This document shows positions 9,382 to 17,768 of a DNA stretch of 64,000 nucleotides, piece after piece (positions within the stretch are counted from its first letter, which is position 1; every line of letters starts with the position of its first letter). The notes beneath the pieces were generated by a model. That model had not been told where the DNA came from. It worked only from the letters and a program-made list of their open reading frames with translations, and did no database searches. Position numbers and translations under genes: made by a program. This DNA comes from Candidatus Omnitrophota bacterium (GTDB lineage: Bacteria > Ratteibacteria > UBA8468 > MWAK01): positions 45,517-109,516 of the forward strand of contig JBDRQI010000011.1 of the NCBI GenBank assembly GCA_043826355.1, written 5' to 3'.

Positions 9382-10665
9382 ATGAACTATCCATTTTTTA
9401 TCGCGCGGCGTTATTTCCGCCGGGGCAGGGGCGGTTACCTTTTTTTAACCAATCTCTTTGCTATTATCAGCGTAGCGGTGGGTGTGGCCAGCCTGATTCT
9501 GGTTCTGGGCGTAATGAACGGGTTTGACCGGGACCTGAAACAAAAGATAATCGGTGTTTTCCCGCCGCTGGAAATTAAAATTCCGTATGATTCTGATTTC
9601 GCCCGTATTGAAAACCGGGTCACCTCTTTTCCGGAGGTGGTTGCCGTGGCTCCGTTTTCCGAAACCCAGGCTATCTTTCGTTCCAAAGGTTTCCTGACTG
9701 CCGGGCTTCTGCGCGCGATTGACCCGGAAAGGGAAGATGCGGTTACCGGGTTTCAAAAATTCCTTATTTCCGATTCCAAAGATTCCTCCCGCCCCTCCCC
9801 CCCCAGGGGAGAGGGCCGGTCAGGCTTCGCCTCGTCAGAGTGCGCCGAAGTCTCAGGCGACGCCCAGGCGAGAAATGGTGAGGGGGAAATAAGGTGGGGG
9901 GGCGGCTTAGTCCTCGGTTCGGAACTTGCGCAAAACCTTCGGGTGGGTGTTGGGGACCAACTGGAAATAATTACCGGGTTCGGCGTAAAAACCCGCACTC
10001 TGCCGGTGGTTGGAATTTTTCGAACCGGGCTTTATCATTTTGATGTTGCCATGACGTTTGTTCCGTTATCGCTGAGCGAGGGTTTTTTTCCGACCGGCGC
10101 CCGGCCGGAAGCGTTGGGTGTAAAGATAAAAGATATTTATGCGGCGGAACTGGTATCCCAGAAAGTCACCCGGGAATTAGGGCCTTCTTTTCGCGTGGAA
10201 TCCTGGATTAGCAAAAACCGGATTCTTTTTTCGGCTCTGGCGCTGGAGCGGCGTGCAATGGCAATTATTCTGATTTTGATAATTTTTGTGGCTGGTTTTA
10301 ATATCGCCACCTGTCTGATGATTACCGTCTGGCGGAAGAGCAAGGAGATTGGAGTTCTCCGGTCTATGGGTGTGAGCGCTGGCGGTATCCAGGCCATTTT
10401 TTTGTGGATGGGGTTCTTGACTGCATTATGGGGAGTGGCAGTTGGTTTAGCTGTTGGCCTGTCCTTGGCTTATGTCGGAGACCATTACCAGCTGGTAAAG
10501 TTGCCGGGATATGTTTACGACCTTTCGTACCTGCCGATTAAGGTCCGGGGTTTTGATGTTATCTGGATTACGATAATCTCTTTTGCGATTGCGCTGGCGG
10601 CCTCGATCTTCCCGGCCCGGGAAGCGGCCCGGGTGGCGCCGGCAATTACGCTGCGTTCAGAGTAA
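9382..10665 (+). CDS. lipoprotein-releasing ABC transporter permease (LolC/E family) with a repeat-derived insert
   Basis: [31 protein letters not shown]; upstream of lolD. Confidence 0.92.
   Translation: MNYPFFIARRYFRRGRGGYLFLTNLFAIISVAVGVASLILVLGVMNGFDRDLKQKIIGVFPPLEIKIPYDSDFARIENRVTSFPEVVAVAPFSETQAIFRSKGFLTAGLLRAIDPEREDAVTGFQKFLISDSKDSSRPSPPRGEGRSGFASSECAEVSGDAQARNGEGEIRWGGGLVLGSELAQNLRVGVGDQLEIITGFGVKTRTLPVVGIFRTGLYHFDVAMTFVPLSLSEGFFPTGARPEALGVKIKDIYAAELVSQKVTRELGPSFRVESWISKNRILFSALALERRAMAIILILIIFVAGFNIATCLMITVWRKSKEIGVLRSMGVSAGGIQAIFLWMGFLTALWGVAVGLAVGLSLAYVGDHYQLVKLPGYVYDLSYLPIKVRGFDVIWITIISFAIALAASIFPAREAARVAPAITLRSE
9784..9900. repeat. composite palindromic repeat inserted in-frame in the LolC/E gene
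   Basis: CCCCTCCCC..GGGGAGAGGG..GGTGAGGGG family with nested 9816-9871 (50/51 nt identical to 3107-3157, inverted). Confidence 0.8.
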
Positions 10666-10854
10666 AGCGCTCGGATTATCTTTTTTGCTCACACGCTGCG
10701 TGTCGGACAAGACTACGCAACTCGTAAGCGAGCCTCGCCGTGTCTTTGTCTATATTTCAGGCAAATCACGGCCACTCACTTACTCGTTTTGCTTGTCTTG
10801 TTTCCGTCACTCCGCGAAGTGTGCAAAAAAGATAACCTCGCTTAGCAGAAAAAC
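10666..10854 (-). repeat. ~185-bp rod-like hairpin element, copy 1
   Basis: Terminal IR TTATCTTTTTTGC/GCAAAAAAGATAA; ACTACGCAACTC core; homologous (inverted) to 33200, 43163 and 46778. Confidence 0.85.
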
Positions 10855-10872
10855 TAAAAGACCTTTAAAACT

Positions 10873-11550
10873 ATGGAAATAACAGCCAGAGGTTTGACGA
10901 AAATTTACTCCGACGCCGGGAACCGGGTGGTGGCGCTTGACGGGGTTGACCTGACCTTGCAATCCGGAGAAGTGGTAGTCCTCCTGGGTCCTTCCGGGTC
11001 CGGCAAGACCACTCTCTTGAACCTGCTTTCCGGGCTGGAAGTCCCCAGCGAAGGCGAGGTTTTGCTTGACGGAGAGCATCTTTCATTTCTTTCCGACCGG
11101 AAAAAATCTTTTTTACGCAACCGTTCTTTTGGTTTTATCTTTCAATTTTTTAATCTTTTGCCGGAATTTACCATTCTGGAAAATACGTTGCTGCCCTCTT
11201 TAATCGGCAAACGCGGACGGGAATTTACTTCGGTCCGGAAAGAAGCAAAAACGCTCCTGGAGGAATTAGGCCTGGGCAACCGTGCCGAAGCTCTTCCCTC
11301 CGAACTTTCCGGCGGCGAGAAACAGCGGGTGGCTATCTGCCGCGCCTTGATTAACCGGCCGGGTTTCGTCTTTGCCGATGAGCCGACCGGAAACCTTGAC
11401 CGGGAAAACGCGGAAATTTGCCTTAACCTTTTTCGGCAAATGATTATCCGAAACGGCACCGGATTCATAATTGCAACCCATAACCAGGAGATTGCCGCGG
11501 CTATGGCTGCCCGTACGGTGCGTCTAAAAAGCGGCAAGGTAATTCTATAG
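10873..11550 (+). CDS. lolD: lipoprotein-releasing ABC transporter ATP-binding protein
   Basis: GPSGSGKT, GFIFQFFNLL, LSGGEKQR, DEPTGNLD. Confidence 0.88.
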   Translation: MEITARGLTKIYSDAGNRVVALDGVDLTLQSGEVVVLLGPSGSGKTTLLNLLSGLEVPSEGEVLLDGEHLSFLSDRKKSFLRNRSFGFIFQFFNLLPEFTILENTLLPSLIGKRGREFTSVRKEAKTLLEELGLGNRAEALPSELSGGEKQRVAICRALINRPGFVFADEPTGNLDRENAEICLNLFRQMIIRNGTGFIIATHNQEIAAAMAARTVRLKSGKVIL

Positions 11551-11575
11551 TTGCCGAGCTTGCTCGGCGCAGTTT

Positions 11576-11625
11576 GTAGGGGCGCCATTCATGGCGCCCG
11601 CGGGTCGGATGAATCCGACCCCTAC
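11576..11625. repeat. GTAG-type REP doublet without the long spacer
   Basis: GTAGGGGCGCCATTCATGGCGCC-CGCG-GGTCGGATGAATCCGACCCCTAC. Confidence 0.8.
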
Positions 11626-11641
11626 GTTTTGAGGAGGGGAA

Positions 11642-12517
11642 ATGGGGTTATTGATCTGTTTGGACGGGAAACTGGTTACGGAGGAAAAAGCCGTTGTTTC
11701 GGTCTTTGACCACGGCCTTCTTTACGGAGACGGCGTATTTGAAGGAATCCGGGCTTATAACGGCCGGGTTTTTCGCCTGGAAGAACATATCCGGCGGCTT
11801 TATCGTTCGGCCGGGACCATAATGCTTCAGGTATCAATAACTCCGGAAGAGATGACCCGGAAAATCCTGGAAACTCTTAAAGCCAATAAACTTCGCGATG
11901 CCTATATCCGGGTCGTGATTACCCGGGGTAAGGGTGACCTTGGTCTTGACCCGCGTAAGTGTCCGAAATCAACATACTTCATCATCACCAATAAAATCCA
12001 GCTTTATCCTGCGGAACTATGCCGGAAAGGCATGAACATTATTACCGTGCCGACCCGGCGCAACGGTGTGGAAATGATGACTCCGGCCGTTAAATCCCTT
12101 AACTACTTAAATAACATCATGGCCAAGATTGAAGGGAATAACGCCGGAGTTTCCGAAGCGTTGATGTTGAATACGGAGGGTCTGGTGCTGGAGTGTACCG
12201 GAGACAATATCTTCCTGGTGCGCGGCAAGGAATTGGTTACGCCGCCTCTTTACCTGGGCATTCTGGAGGGGATTACCCGGGACGTGGTGATGGGGCTGGC
12301 TTCCAAAGCCGGGCTTATCAGCCGGGAACTTCCTTTTACCCGGCACGACCTTTTTAACGCCGACGAGGTATTCTTAACCGGGACCGCCGCGGAGATAGTG
12401 CCGATAAGCAAAATTGACGGCCGCAGTATCGCCGACGGCAAGCCCGGTCCCTGCACCGTAAAACTAATCAACCTTTTCCGCCGGCTCACTGAATCGGAAG
12501 GTACGCCAATTGTTTAA
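11642..12517 (+). CDS. ilvE: branched-chain amino acid aminotransferase
   Basis: DHGLLYGDGVFEGIRAY, KSLNYLNN, LEGITR, FLTGTAAE; GAGGAG RBS. Confidence 0.96.
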   Translation: MGLLICLDGKLVTEEKAVVSVFDHGLLYGDGVFEGIRAYNGRVFRLEEHIRRLYRSAGTIMLQVSITPEEMTRKILETLKANKLRDAYIRVVITRGKGDLGLDPRKCPKSTYFIITNKIQLYPAELCRKGMNIITVPTRRNGVEMMTPAVKSLNYLNNIMAKIEGNNAGVSEALMLNTEGLVLECTGDNIFLVRGKELVTPPLYLGILEGITRDVVMGLASKAGLISRELPFTRHDLFNADEVFLTGTAAEIVPISKIDGRSIADGKPGPCTVKLINLFRRLTESEGTPIV

Positions 12518-12522
12518 TAGTT

Positions 12523-12803
12523 CCCTCTCCCCGCAAAGGAGAGGGGTGGGGAGGTAGGACAGGTGTCTCCCGCCTTCGCTAAATTTATCCGCCGTAGCTT
12601 TAGCGCAGGCGGAGCTACGGCGGGCGAAGCCCGTCTGCCATTATGGTGTCATCCTGAGCCTTTAAGAATCCGTCATCCTGAGTGAAACGAAGGATCTCGT
12701 CTTATAAAGATTAGATCCTTCACGGAGTTTACCCTTGAGCAACGCGAAGGGTTCAGGATGACAAATTACGTCAGATTCTTCGCTTGTGCTCAGAATGACA
12801 AAT
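12523..12803. repeat. mosaic of palindromic repeat families (CCCTCTCC, GTAG, CCGCC..GGCGG, TGTCATYCTGAG)
   Basis: 12640-12803 is nearly identical to 21542-21704 (inverted); 12569-12613 resembles 43424-43468. Confidence 0.85.
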
Positions 12804-12897
12804 AGGATAAGCTTAAATCACGGGCGGTCTATTCGACGGAATGCTCCGCCCCTATTTTTTGATTAAACGTTTTCCGGTCTTCCGGTATCTAATATTT

Positions 12898-13407
12898 ATG
12901 AACCGAACAGATTTCGAAGCCATTTTGCAGGAAAATCAGGAACGCATCTACCGCCTGGCTTTAAGAATCACCGGCGACAAGGAAGAGGCAAAAGACATAA
13001 CCCAGGAAACGTTCCTGGCGGCGTACGAACATCAGGGTCGTTTTCGGCAGGAATCCAATTTTTCAACCTATATTTACCGCATCGCTCTCAACTTCGCTTT
13101 TCGGGCGCTGAAACGGAAACGCCCTTTGCAAACGCTGGAAAAGCCCGAAACGATAAGGTCAAATGACGAAAATCCGGCCCAGATTTTTCAACGGGAGGAG
13201 AAGGAAGCGGAAGTCCGGCGGTTACTGGACTCTCTGCCGGCCGGACAGAAGGCGGCCGTTCACCTCCGGCTTTATGAAAATCTGTCATTTAAAGAGGTTG
13301 CCCGGGTGCTGGGTTGCAGGCCGGCCACTGCCCGTACCCATTATTTTTTCGGCTTGCAGAATTTACGAAAGGAGATGAAGGCACGCCATGAATTGCCAAA
13401 AGTTTGA
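12898..13407 (+). CDS. ECF RNA polymerase sigma factor
   Basis: IYRLALRITGDKEEAKDITQETF, FSTYIYRIALN, region 4 LSFKEVARVLG; start set at MNRTDF. Confidence 0.92.
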   Translation: MNRTDFEAILQENQERIYRLALRITGDKEEAKDITQETFLAAYEHQGRFRQESNFSTYIYRIALNFAFRALKRKRPLQTLEKPETIRSNDENPAQIFQREEKEAEVRRLLDSLPAGQKAAVHLRLYENLSFKEVARVLGCRPATARTHYFFGLQNLRKEMKARHELPKV

Positions 13408-13873
13408 GCGATGGATAGTCCTGAGTTTGGAAGGTGAAATCACCCCCCGGCAAAAAGGCGTTTTGGAAAAGCACCTGAAGGGATGCGCCGGATGCCGGAA
13501 AGTATTGGAAGATTACCGGAACGTACGCCATCTCTTTGCCACGCTGCCGTTGGAACCGGTTCCGGTTCTGCCGGCATTCAGCCGGCCCGTGACTGAAAAA
13601 AGAAAAGGACCGCCGCTGGTCTTAAGACGAATCGTGCTGGCGCCGGCCGCGCTTGCGCTCTGCCTCCTCCTGGCAATTGGAATCATTAAATTCCGGAATG
13701 TTCCTCCCGCCATCCCGGTTTCGAACAGTTACAAAGCTGATTTGCTTGCCGGCGTATCCGAGCGTGAATTTTTTGACGTCAACTTCCCGAATTCAAGGGA
13801 GTATTACTATTTTATTGAAAATCTTTCCGTTGCAGAACAGGAAACATTCTTCAGTATCTTACAGGCAATGTAA
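13388..13873 (+). CDS. zinc-binding (zf-HC2) anti-sigma factor
   Basis: MNC..HLKGCAGC motif plus one TM helix; overlaps the sigma gene. Confidence 0.88.
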   Translation: MNCQKFERWIVLSLEGEITPRQKGVLEKHLKGCAGCRKVLEDYRNVRHLFATLPLEPVPVLPAFSRPVTEKRKGPPLVLRRIVLAPAALALCLLLAIGIIKFRNVPPAIPVSNSYKADLLAGVSEREFFDVNFPNSREYYYFIENLSVAEQETFFSILQAM

Positions 13874-13881
13874 ATTACTGT

Positions 13882-14005
13882 GTAGGGGCGTGATTCATCG
13901 CGCCCGCGGGCCCCGTATAGGCGGCTCTTGCCTTCTACGGGGCGGGTCGGATAAATCCGACCCCTACAAAAATTTTGTCATCCCGCGTGTAGTAAGCGGA
14001 AATCT
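13882..14005. repeat. GTAG-type REP doublet (13882-13967) plus dRS3-like palindrome (13976-14005)
   Basis: GTAGGGGCGTGATTCATCGCGCC..GGTCGGATAAATCCGACCCCTAC; TGTCATCCCGC..GCGGAAATCT. Confidence 0.8.
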
Positions 14006-14026
14006 GTATCAAGGAGGTGATACGGA

Positions 14027-14599
14027 ATGAAAAAGATAACGCTGCTTCTAATATGCGCCGTTGCATTCTGGCCGATTTTAGCCCACGGCGCGCCGGTTCA
14101 GGTGGAAGGGAAGAGCCGTCAAACCGGGTCCCAGAGAATGATGCCGGGACGCGAGATGTTCCAAAAAGACGGAAAGGCCTGGGACCGGATGGCTTCGGTA
14201 CGCTTCTACAAGTTGATTGAGTTTCTTGGCCTGACAACCGAAGAGGCGAATAAATTGGCGCCGGCCATTCAAGCAAGGGATAACGGACGGAAGGACTATT
14301 TCCAGGCGCGCGATAAAGCGCTGGATAACCTGGCGGAATTGGTTGAGAAGGGAGCGTCGCAGAATGAATTAAAGAAGGCGGTGGCCGGAACCAAGGTTCT
14401 GGATGATGGATATCAGGCAAAAGAAAAGGGGTTAACCAACAAGGTTCTGGAACTCCTGCCGCCGGAAAAGCAGGCAAAATACTACCTCTTTAACCGGCAC
14501 TTTACCCAGGAGATTCGTCAGGGACTTTACAATATGGCTGAACGGCGGATAAAGGAACGGAGTGAAAAAGCGAGGCCAGGCGTTCAACCACCTCGGTAA
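14027..14599 (+). CDS. secreted helical protein, Spy/CpxP-like
   Basis: Signal peptide; LGLTTEE and LLPPEKQAKY LTxxQ-like motifs; AGGAGG RBS; follows the ECF pair. Confidence 0.65.
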   Translation: MKKITLLLICAVAFWPILAHGAPVQVEGKSRQTGSQRMMPGREMFQKDGKAWDRMASVRFYKLIEFLGLTTEEANKLAPAIQARDNGRKDYFQARDKALDNLAELVEKGASQNELKKAVAGTKVLDDGYQAKEKGLTNKVLELLPPEKQAKYYLFNRHFTQEIRQGLYNMAERRIKERSEKARPGVQPPR

Positions 14600-15215
14600 C
14601 GGAAAGGTTTGTGGTGTCAAGATAGCAGGCGTCTTCTGCCTGACGCAAGGGGGCAACGGAGCGGGAACGGTCATGGTTGTCCCGCTCCGCCACCTCCTCC
14701 GCAATTTTGGTAATTGGTTGTTCAACCCCTGCCCTGGTCAGGTCTTTGCCCCGTCTTTTGGCGCGGGTCTCCAGGTTTGCATCCAGGTAAATCTTAAGCG
14801 TTGCGTTCGGAAAGACTACCGTGGTTGTATCCCTGCCTTCGGCCACCAAACTTTCCCTTTCGGCAAATTTCCGCTGTAACGGGAGGATGGCCTGTCGTAC
14901 TTCCGGGGAGCGGGCGATATAAAAGGTGTTTCGCGTTACCTCCGGAGTGCGTATTTGGTCGGTTATTTCCCGGCCGTCCATAAAGACGTGCAGCCCATCC
15001 GCCTTATCCTGCAGGTCAATCCTGGTCTCCCGGGCAAGCGCGGCCAGCGCTTTCTCATCTTTCAGGTCAAGGCTTTTCTGCATGGCGTTATAGGTAATGG
15101 TGCGGTAAAGAGCGCCGGTATCCAGGTAGAAAAACCCCAGTTTCCGCGCCAGGGTTTTGGCGACCGTGCTTTTGCCGGCGCCGGCCGGCCCGTCAATCGC
15201 AATGATGTATTTCAT
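14502..15215 (-). CDS. cmk: cytidylate kinase
   Basis: IAIDGPAGAGKST, LDTGALYR, EGRD motifs. Confidence 0.97.
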   Translation of the reverse strand: MKYIIAIDGPAGAGKSTVAKTLARKLGFFYLDTGALYRTITYNAMQKSLDLKDEKALAALARETRIDLQDKADGLHVFMDGREITDQIRTPEVTRNTFYIARSPEVRQAILPLQRKFAERESLVAEGRDTTTVVFPNATLKIYLDANLETRAKRRGKDLTRAGVEQPITKIAEEVAERDNHDRSRSVAPLRQAEDACYLDTTNLSVTEVVERLASLFHSVPLSAVQPYCKVPDESPG

Positions 15216-15613
15216 TTCCTTGCCGTTCTTTTCCAGAATTCTCGTGGGGTTAAAATAGGAATATTCTTAAAATCCTTCAGTTTGAGTAAATGTTTATCGC
15301 CGGTTATAATAACGTCCGCCTTGTCTGCCCAAGCAGTTCCCAAAACTTTCAAATCTCCCGGGTCCTGGCAAGCGCCCGGAGAAACCCCTATCGGAACCAC
15401 CACCTTTGTTCCTCTTAACAAAATATCCCGGTGGTTTTTAGTAACGTCCTCGGGCATTCCGAAATCTTCTTCCAGAGATTTAATTACTTCTTCCATAATA
15501 AACTGACTGGTTATAACCTCGTGTTCGAAAAGACAAAGGGTAAAAATCTCAAAACACAGCCCGCGCGTAGCAAAGGCGGAAATTATCACGTTTGAATCCA
15601 GTAAAACTTTCAT
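15212..15613 (-). CDS. PIN-domain toxin of a putative TA system
   Basis: MKVLLDSNVIISA..DPGDLKVL..IITGDKHLL..ILTPREF. Confidence 0.9.
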   Translation of the reverse strand: MKVLLDSNVIISAFATRGLCFEIFTLCLFEHEVITSQFIMEEVIKSLEEDFGMPEDVTKNHRDILLRGTKVVVPIGVSPGACQDPGDLKVLGTAWADKADVIITGDKHLLKLKDFKNIPILTPREFWKRTARK

Positions 15614-15840
15614 CCGCGACGTGGCTTTATCCTTTTAAAAACATCTTCATCAGTGTAGAAACCTGCTTTTTCGGCATACGGAATAGTCTTTGCTCTCACT
15701 TCCCGAAAACGCTGCGCAACAAGATATCGCCGGATGGCTTCCCGGGCTATTTGACCTGCTTTAAGGTTGTTTTTTTTACTGACCAACTCCAGTTCGTTTC
15801 TCAGGTCTTCGGAAATCCGGATTGTAAAAGTACTCGCCAT
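15610..15840 (-). CDS. ribbon-helix-helix (CopG-like) antitoxin
   Basis: TFTIRISEDLRNELE..IAREAIRRYL; ATGA overlap with the toxin; GGAGG RBS. Confidence 0.85.
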   Translation of the reverse strand: MASTFTIRISEDLRNELELVSKKNNLKAGQIAREAIRRYLVAQRFREVRAKTIPYAEKAGFYTDEDVFKRIKPRRG

Positions 15841-15852
15841 GGTTCACCTCCA

Positions 15853-15888
15853 TAAGACAATATAACACAAATAGGTTGGAGATGTCAA
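15853..15888 (-). promoter_or_regulatory. TA promoter with possible RHH operator
   Basis: TTGACA-N18-TATATT; TGTGTTA/TGTCTTA direct repeat over the -10 box. Confidence 0.55.
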
Positions 15889-15912
15889 GTTTGTCTGTTC
15901 TCGGGATTTAGG

Positions 15913-15956
15913 TGCCTGCGCCGGCCGGCCCGTCAAAAGGTAATTACGTAGTTCAC
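15913..15956 (-). pseudogene. displaced 5' fragment of cmk
   Basis: GTG AAC TAC GTA ATT ACC TTT (T) GAC GGG CCG GCC GGC GCA GGC reads MNYVITF-DGPAGAG; 19-bp exact match to 15178-15196. Confidence 0.75.
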
Positions 15957-15960
15957 TTTA

Positions 15961-16069
15961 TGTCATTTTGAGCGGTTATTTTATGTCATTCTGAGGCCCT
16001 TCGCTCTGCTCAAGGGTAAACTCCGCCGAAGAATCTCTTCCTTGCAGTAGGACAGGCGTCCCGCCTGTC
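15961..16069. repeat. TGTCATTCTGAG-family arm plus GTAG REP
   Basis: TGTCATTCTGAG-GCCCTTCGCTCTGCTCAAGGGTAAACTCC..GAAGAATCT; GTAGGACAGGCGTCCCGCCTGTC. Confidence 0.75.
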
Positions 16070-16075
16070 AACCAA

Positions 16076-16735
16076 CTAAAAATCTATCTGATTTCTTACC
16101 CGCACGCACCGGTACAGCGTCACTGCTTCCGAAATGTTCTGGAGCGTATTTTTTAGCACAAGTTTAATGCCCACATAGCCCACAGGAACGCCGGTGCTGG
16201 AAATTGAGAGGTCGGTGTCATAGTAAAGAAATTCGGAAAGACGATTACCGGAAGCATCAAGACGAATTACTTCCAATTGTCTGTCTGTTGCCCAGGTGGG
16301 TTTTAAATCTACGGAACCAAAATACAACGAACCTTCTTTCAAACTATACTTGACTTCAGCAGCATCCCGACCCTGAAAAGTTAATGTGTCTGATGTAGTA
16401 TCTGGGTTAAGAGCAAATGGTTGTATCCCCACCAGTCCTTTCTCCCTGTTTATCCCCGGTCCGTAAACTATCGTATTCATCAGGTAAATTCCCAGGTTTT
16501 CCGCATCCCCGCCGCTGCGCACAACTTTATGGATATTGGTTGCCCGGCCGAAGATAATCGCCAACAGGCCGAAGACAATAACCAGGATTGCGGTTGTCGT
16601 CAGCATCTCAATCAGCGTAAACCCCCTGGAATTACGATTACTGTGATTAAAATGCAGATTACGGTGATTAGGACAAAAATCAGTGTAATCTGTATCTAAA
16701 GCTTTGTAATTTTCATATTTAATCATTGTAATCAT
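16076..16735 (-). CDS. type IV prepilin-like protein (minor pilin/pseudopilin)
   Basis: SRG|FTLIEMLTTTAILVIVFGLL class III signal. Confidence 0.88.
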   Translation of the reverse strand: MITMIKYENYKALDTDYTDFCPNHRNLHFNHSNRNSRGFTLIEMLTTTAILVIVFGLLAIIFGRATNIHKVVRSGGDAENLGIYLMNTIVYGPGINREKGLVGIQPFALNPDTTSDTLTFQGRDAAEVKYSLKEGSLYFGSVDLKPTWATDRQLEVIRLDASGNRLSEFLYYDTDLSISSTGVPVGYVGIKLVLKNTLQNISEAVTLYRCVRVRNQIDF

Positions 16736-16754
16736 CTTTTAATAATCTCCGTAA

Positions 16755-17150
16755 TCATGCCATATTTAACCGCCGTATCTGACAACTTTTGTTGCCGAAG
16801 TTTATTAATAATCCGACTTTATATCCTGATGCTTTCAAATAAGATAAAACCTGTGATTCAAACAGAGTAGGAATATTACCTGTTAAGGCTTTAATTTCAA
16901 CCACGACTTTATCTTCTACGATCAAATCCAATCTCAATTTACCAACGTTCTGGTCGTGGAACGAGATGTTGAAACTTTTTTCAGTCTGATATTTTAATTG
17001 TTGGTCTTCTATGGCGATCTTTAAAGCATTATGATATATGCTCTCGTTAAATCCGGGGCCTAATTCACCGTGTACCTTGTAAGCACAGGCAATTATTTTT
17101 TCAGTTAAAGGATCTTTATTTTGAATCCCCGTAATCTGTATTTTACCCAT
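16755..17150 (-). CDS. GxxExxY protein (PD-(D/E)XK-like)
   Basis: VHGELGPGFNESIY, RLDLIVEDKVVVEIKA, QVLSYLKASGYKVGLLINFG. Confidence 0.93.
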   Translation of the reverse strand: MGKIQITGIQNKDPLTEKIIACAYKVHGELGPGFNESIYHNALKIAIEDQQLKYQTEKSFNISFHDQNVGKLRLDLIVEDKVVVEIKALTGNIPTLFESQVLSYLKASGYKVGLLINFGNKSCQIRRLNMA

Positions 17151-17231
17151 TTGGCTAAATATGCCCGGGTTTTAGACCTAATCGCTGTAATCTGAACCTA
17201 ATCGCTGTAATCAGACATCCGTCCAGGATGT

Positions 17232-17768
17232 CTAATAATACCCGTTTCTCGTCTTATACGTCACCGTCTTCAGAAGCGGCCTTCCGTTCTTAGAGACCGT
17301 AACCGTAACCTTTAAAAGGTTGTGGTCACCCGGCATTTCATCTACATTTGGGATGTTGTATTCAGCGGCAAGTATAGGGTTGCCGTCAAACGCCACAATA
17401 TCTGTCGAATAAGTATAAGTAACACTTGAAATGGTTATGGAAGAATCACTGATAGTTCCGAGAGTTCCGCTGGAGCCGGTCGGCGGGAACTTTTGGTCAC
17501 GCACCTGGTCTATCGCCATCTGGCTGATTGTAACCGCGTTGGAGATATCAACCGCCCGACCCCGGTTTACGGTATAGCCCATCATCTTGCTCAGGACGAC
17601 CAGGGTGGCGGAAACCGCTATGGCTACCACCACTACCGCCAGCACCACCTCAATCAGCGTAAATCCGCATTTTTTGTCATTCTGAGGCGTTAGCCGAAGA
17701 ATCTCGTTCGCAATACGAGACCCTTCGCAACTTCGGCTCAGGGTGACATGATGGGGTGTTATTTTCAT
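17232..17768 (-). CDS. type IV prepilin-like protein with a repeat-expanded leader
   Basis: KCG|FTLIEVVLAVVVVAIAV; ATG 17768 overlaps the upstream stop (ATGA). Confidence 0.87.
   Translation of the reverse strand: MKITPHHVTLSRSCEGSRIANEILRLTPQNDKKCGFTLIEVVLAVVVVAIAVSATLVVLSKMMGYTVNRGRAVDISNAVTISQMAIDQVRDQKFPPTGSSGTLGTISDSSITISSVTYTYSTDIVAFDGNPILAAEYNIPNVDEMPGDHNLLKVTVTVSKNGRPLLKTVTYKTRNGYY
17675..17748. repeat. TGTCATYCTGAG-family doublet inside a prepilin leader
   Basis: TGTCATTCTGAG..GAAGAATCTCG..CGAGACCCTTCG..CTCAGGGTGACA. Confidence 0.85.
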
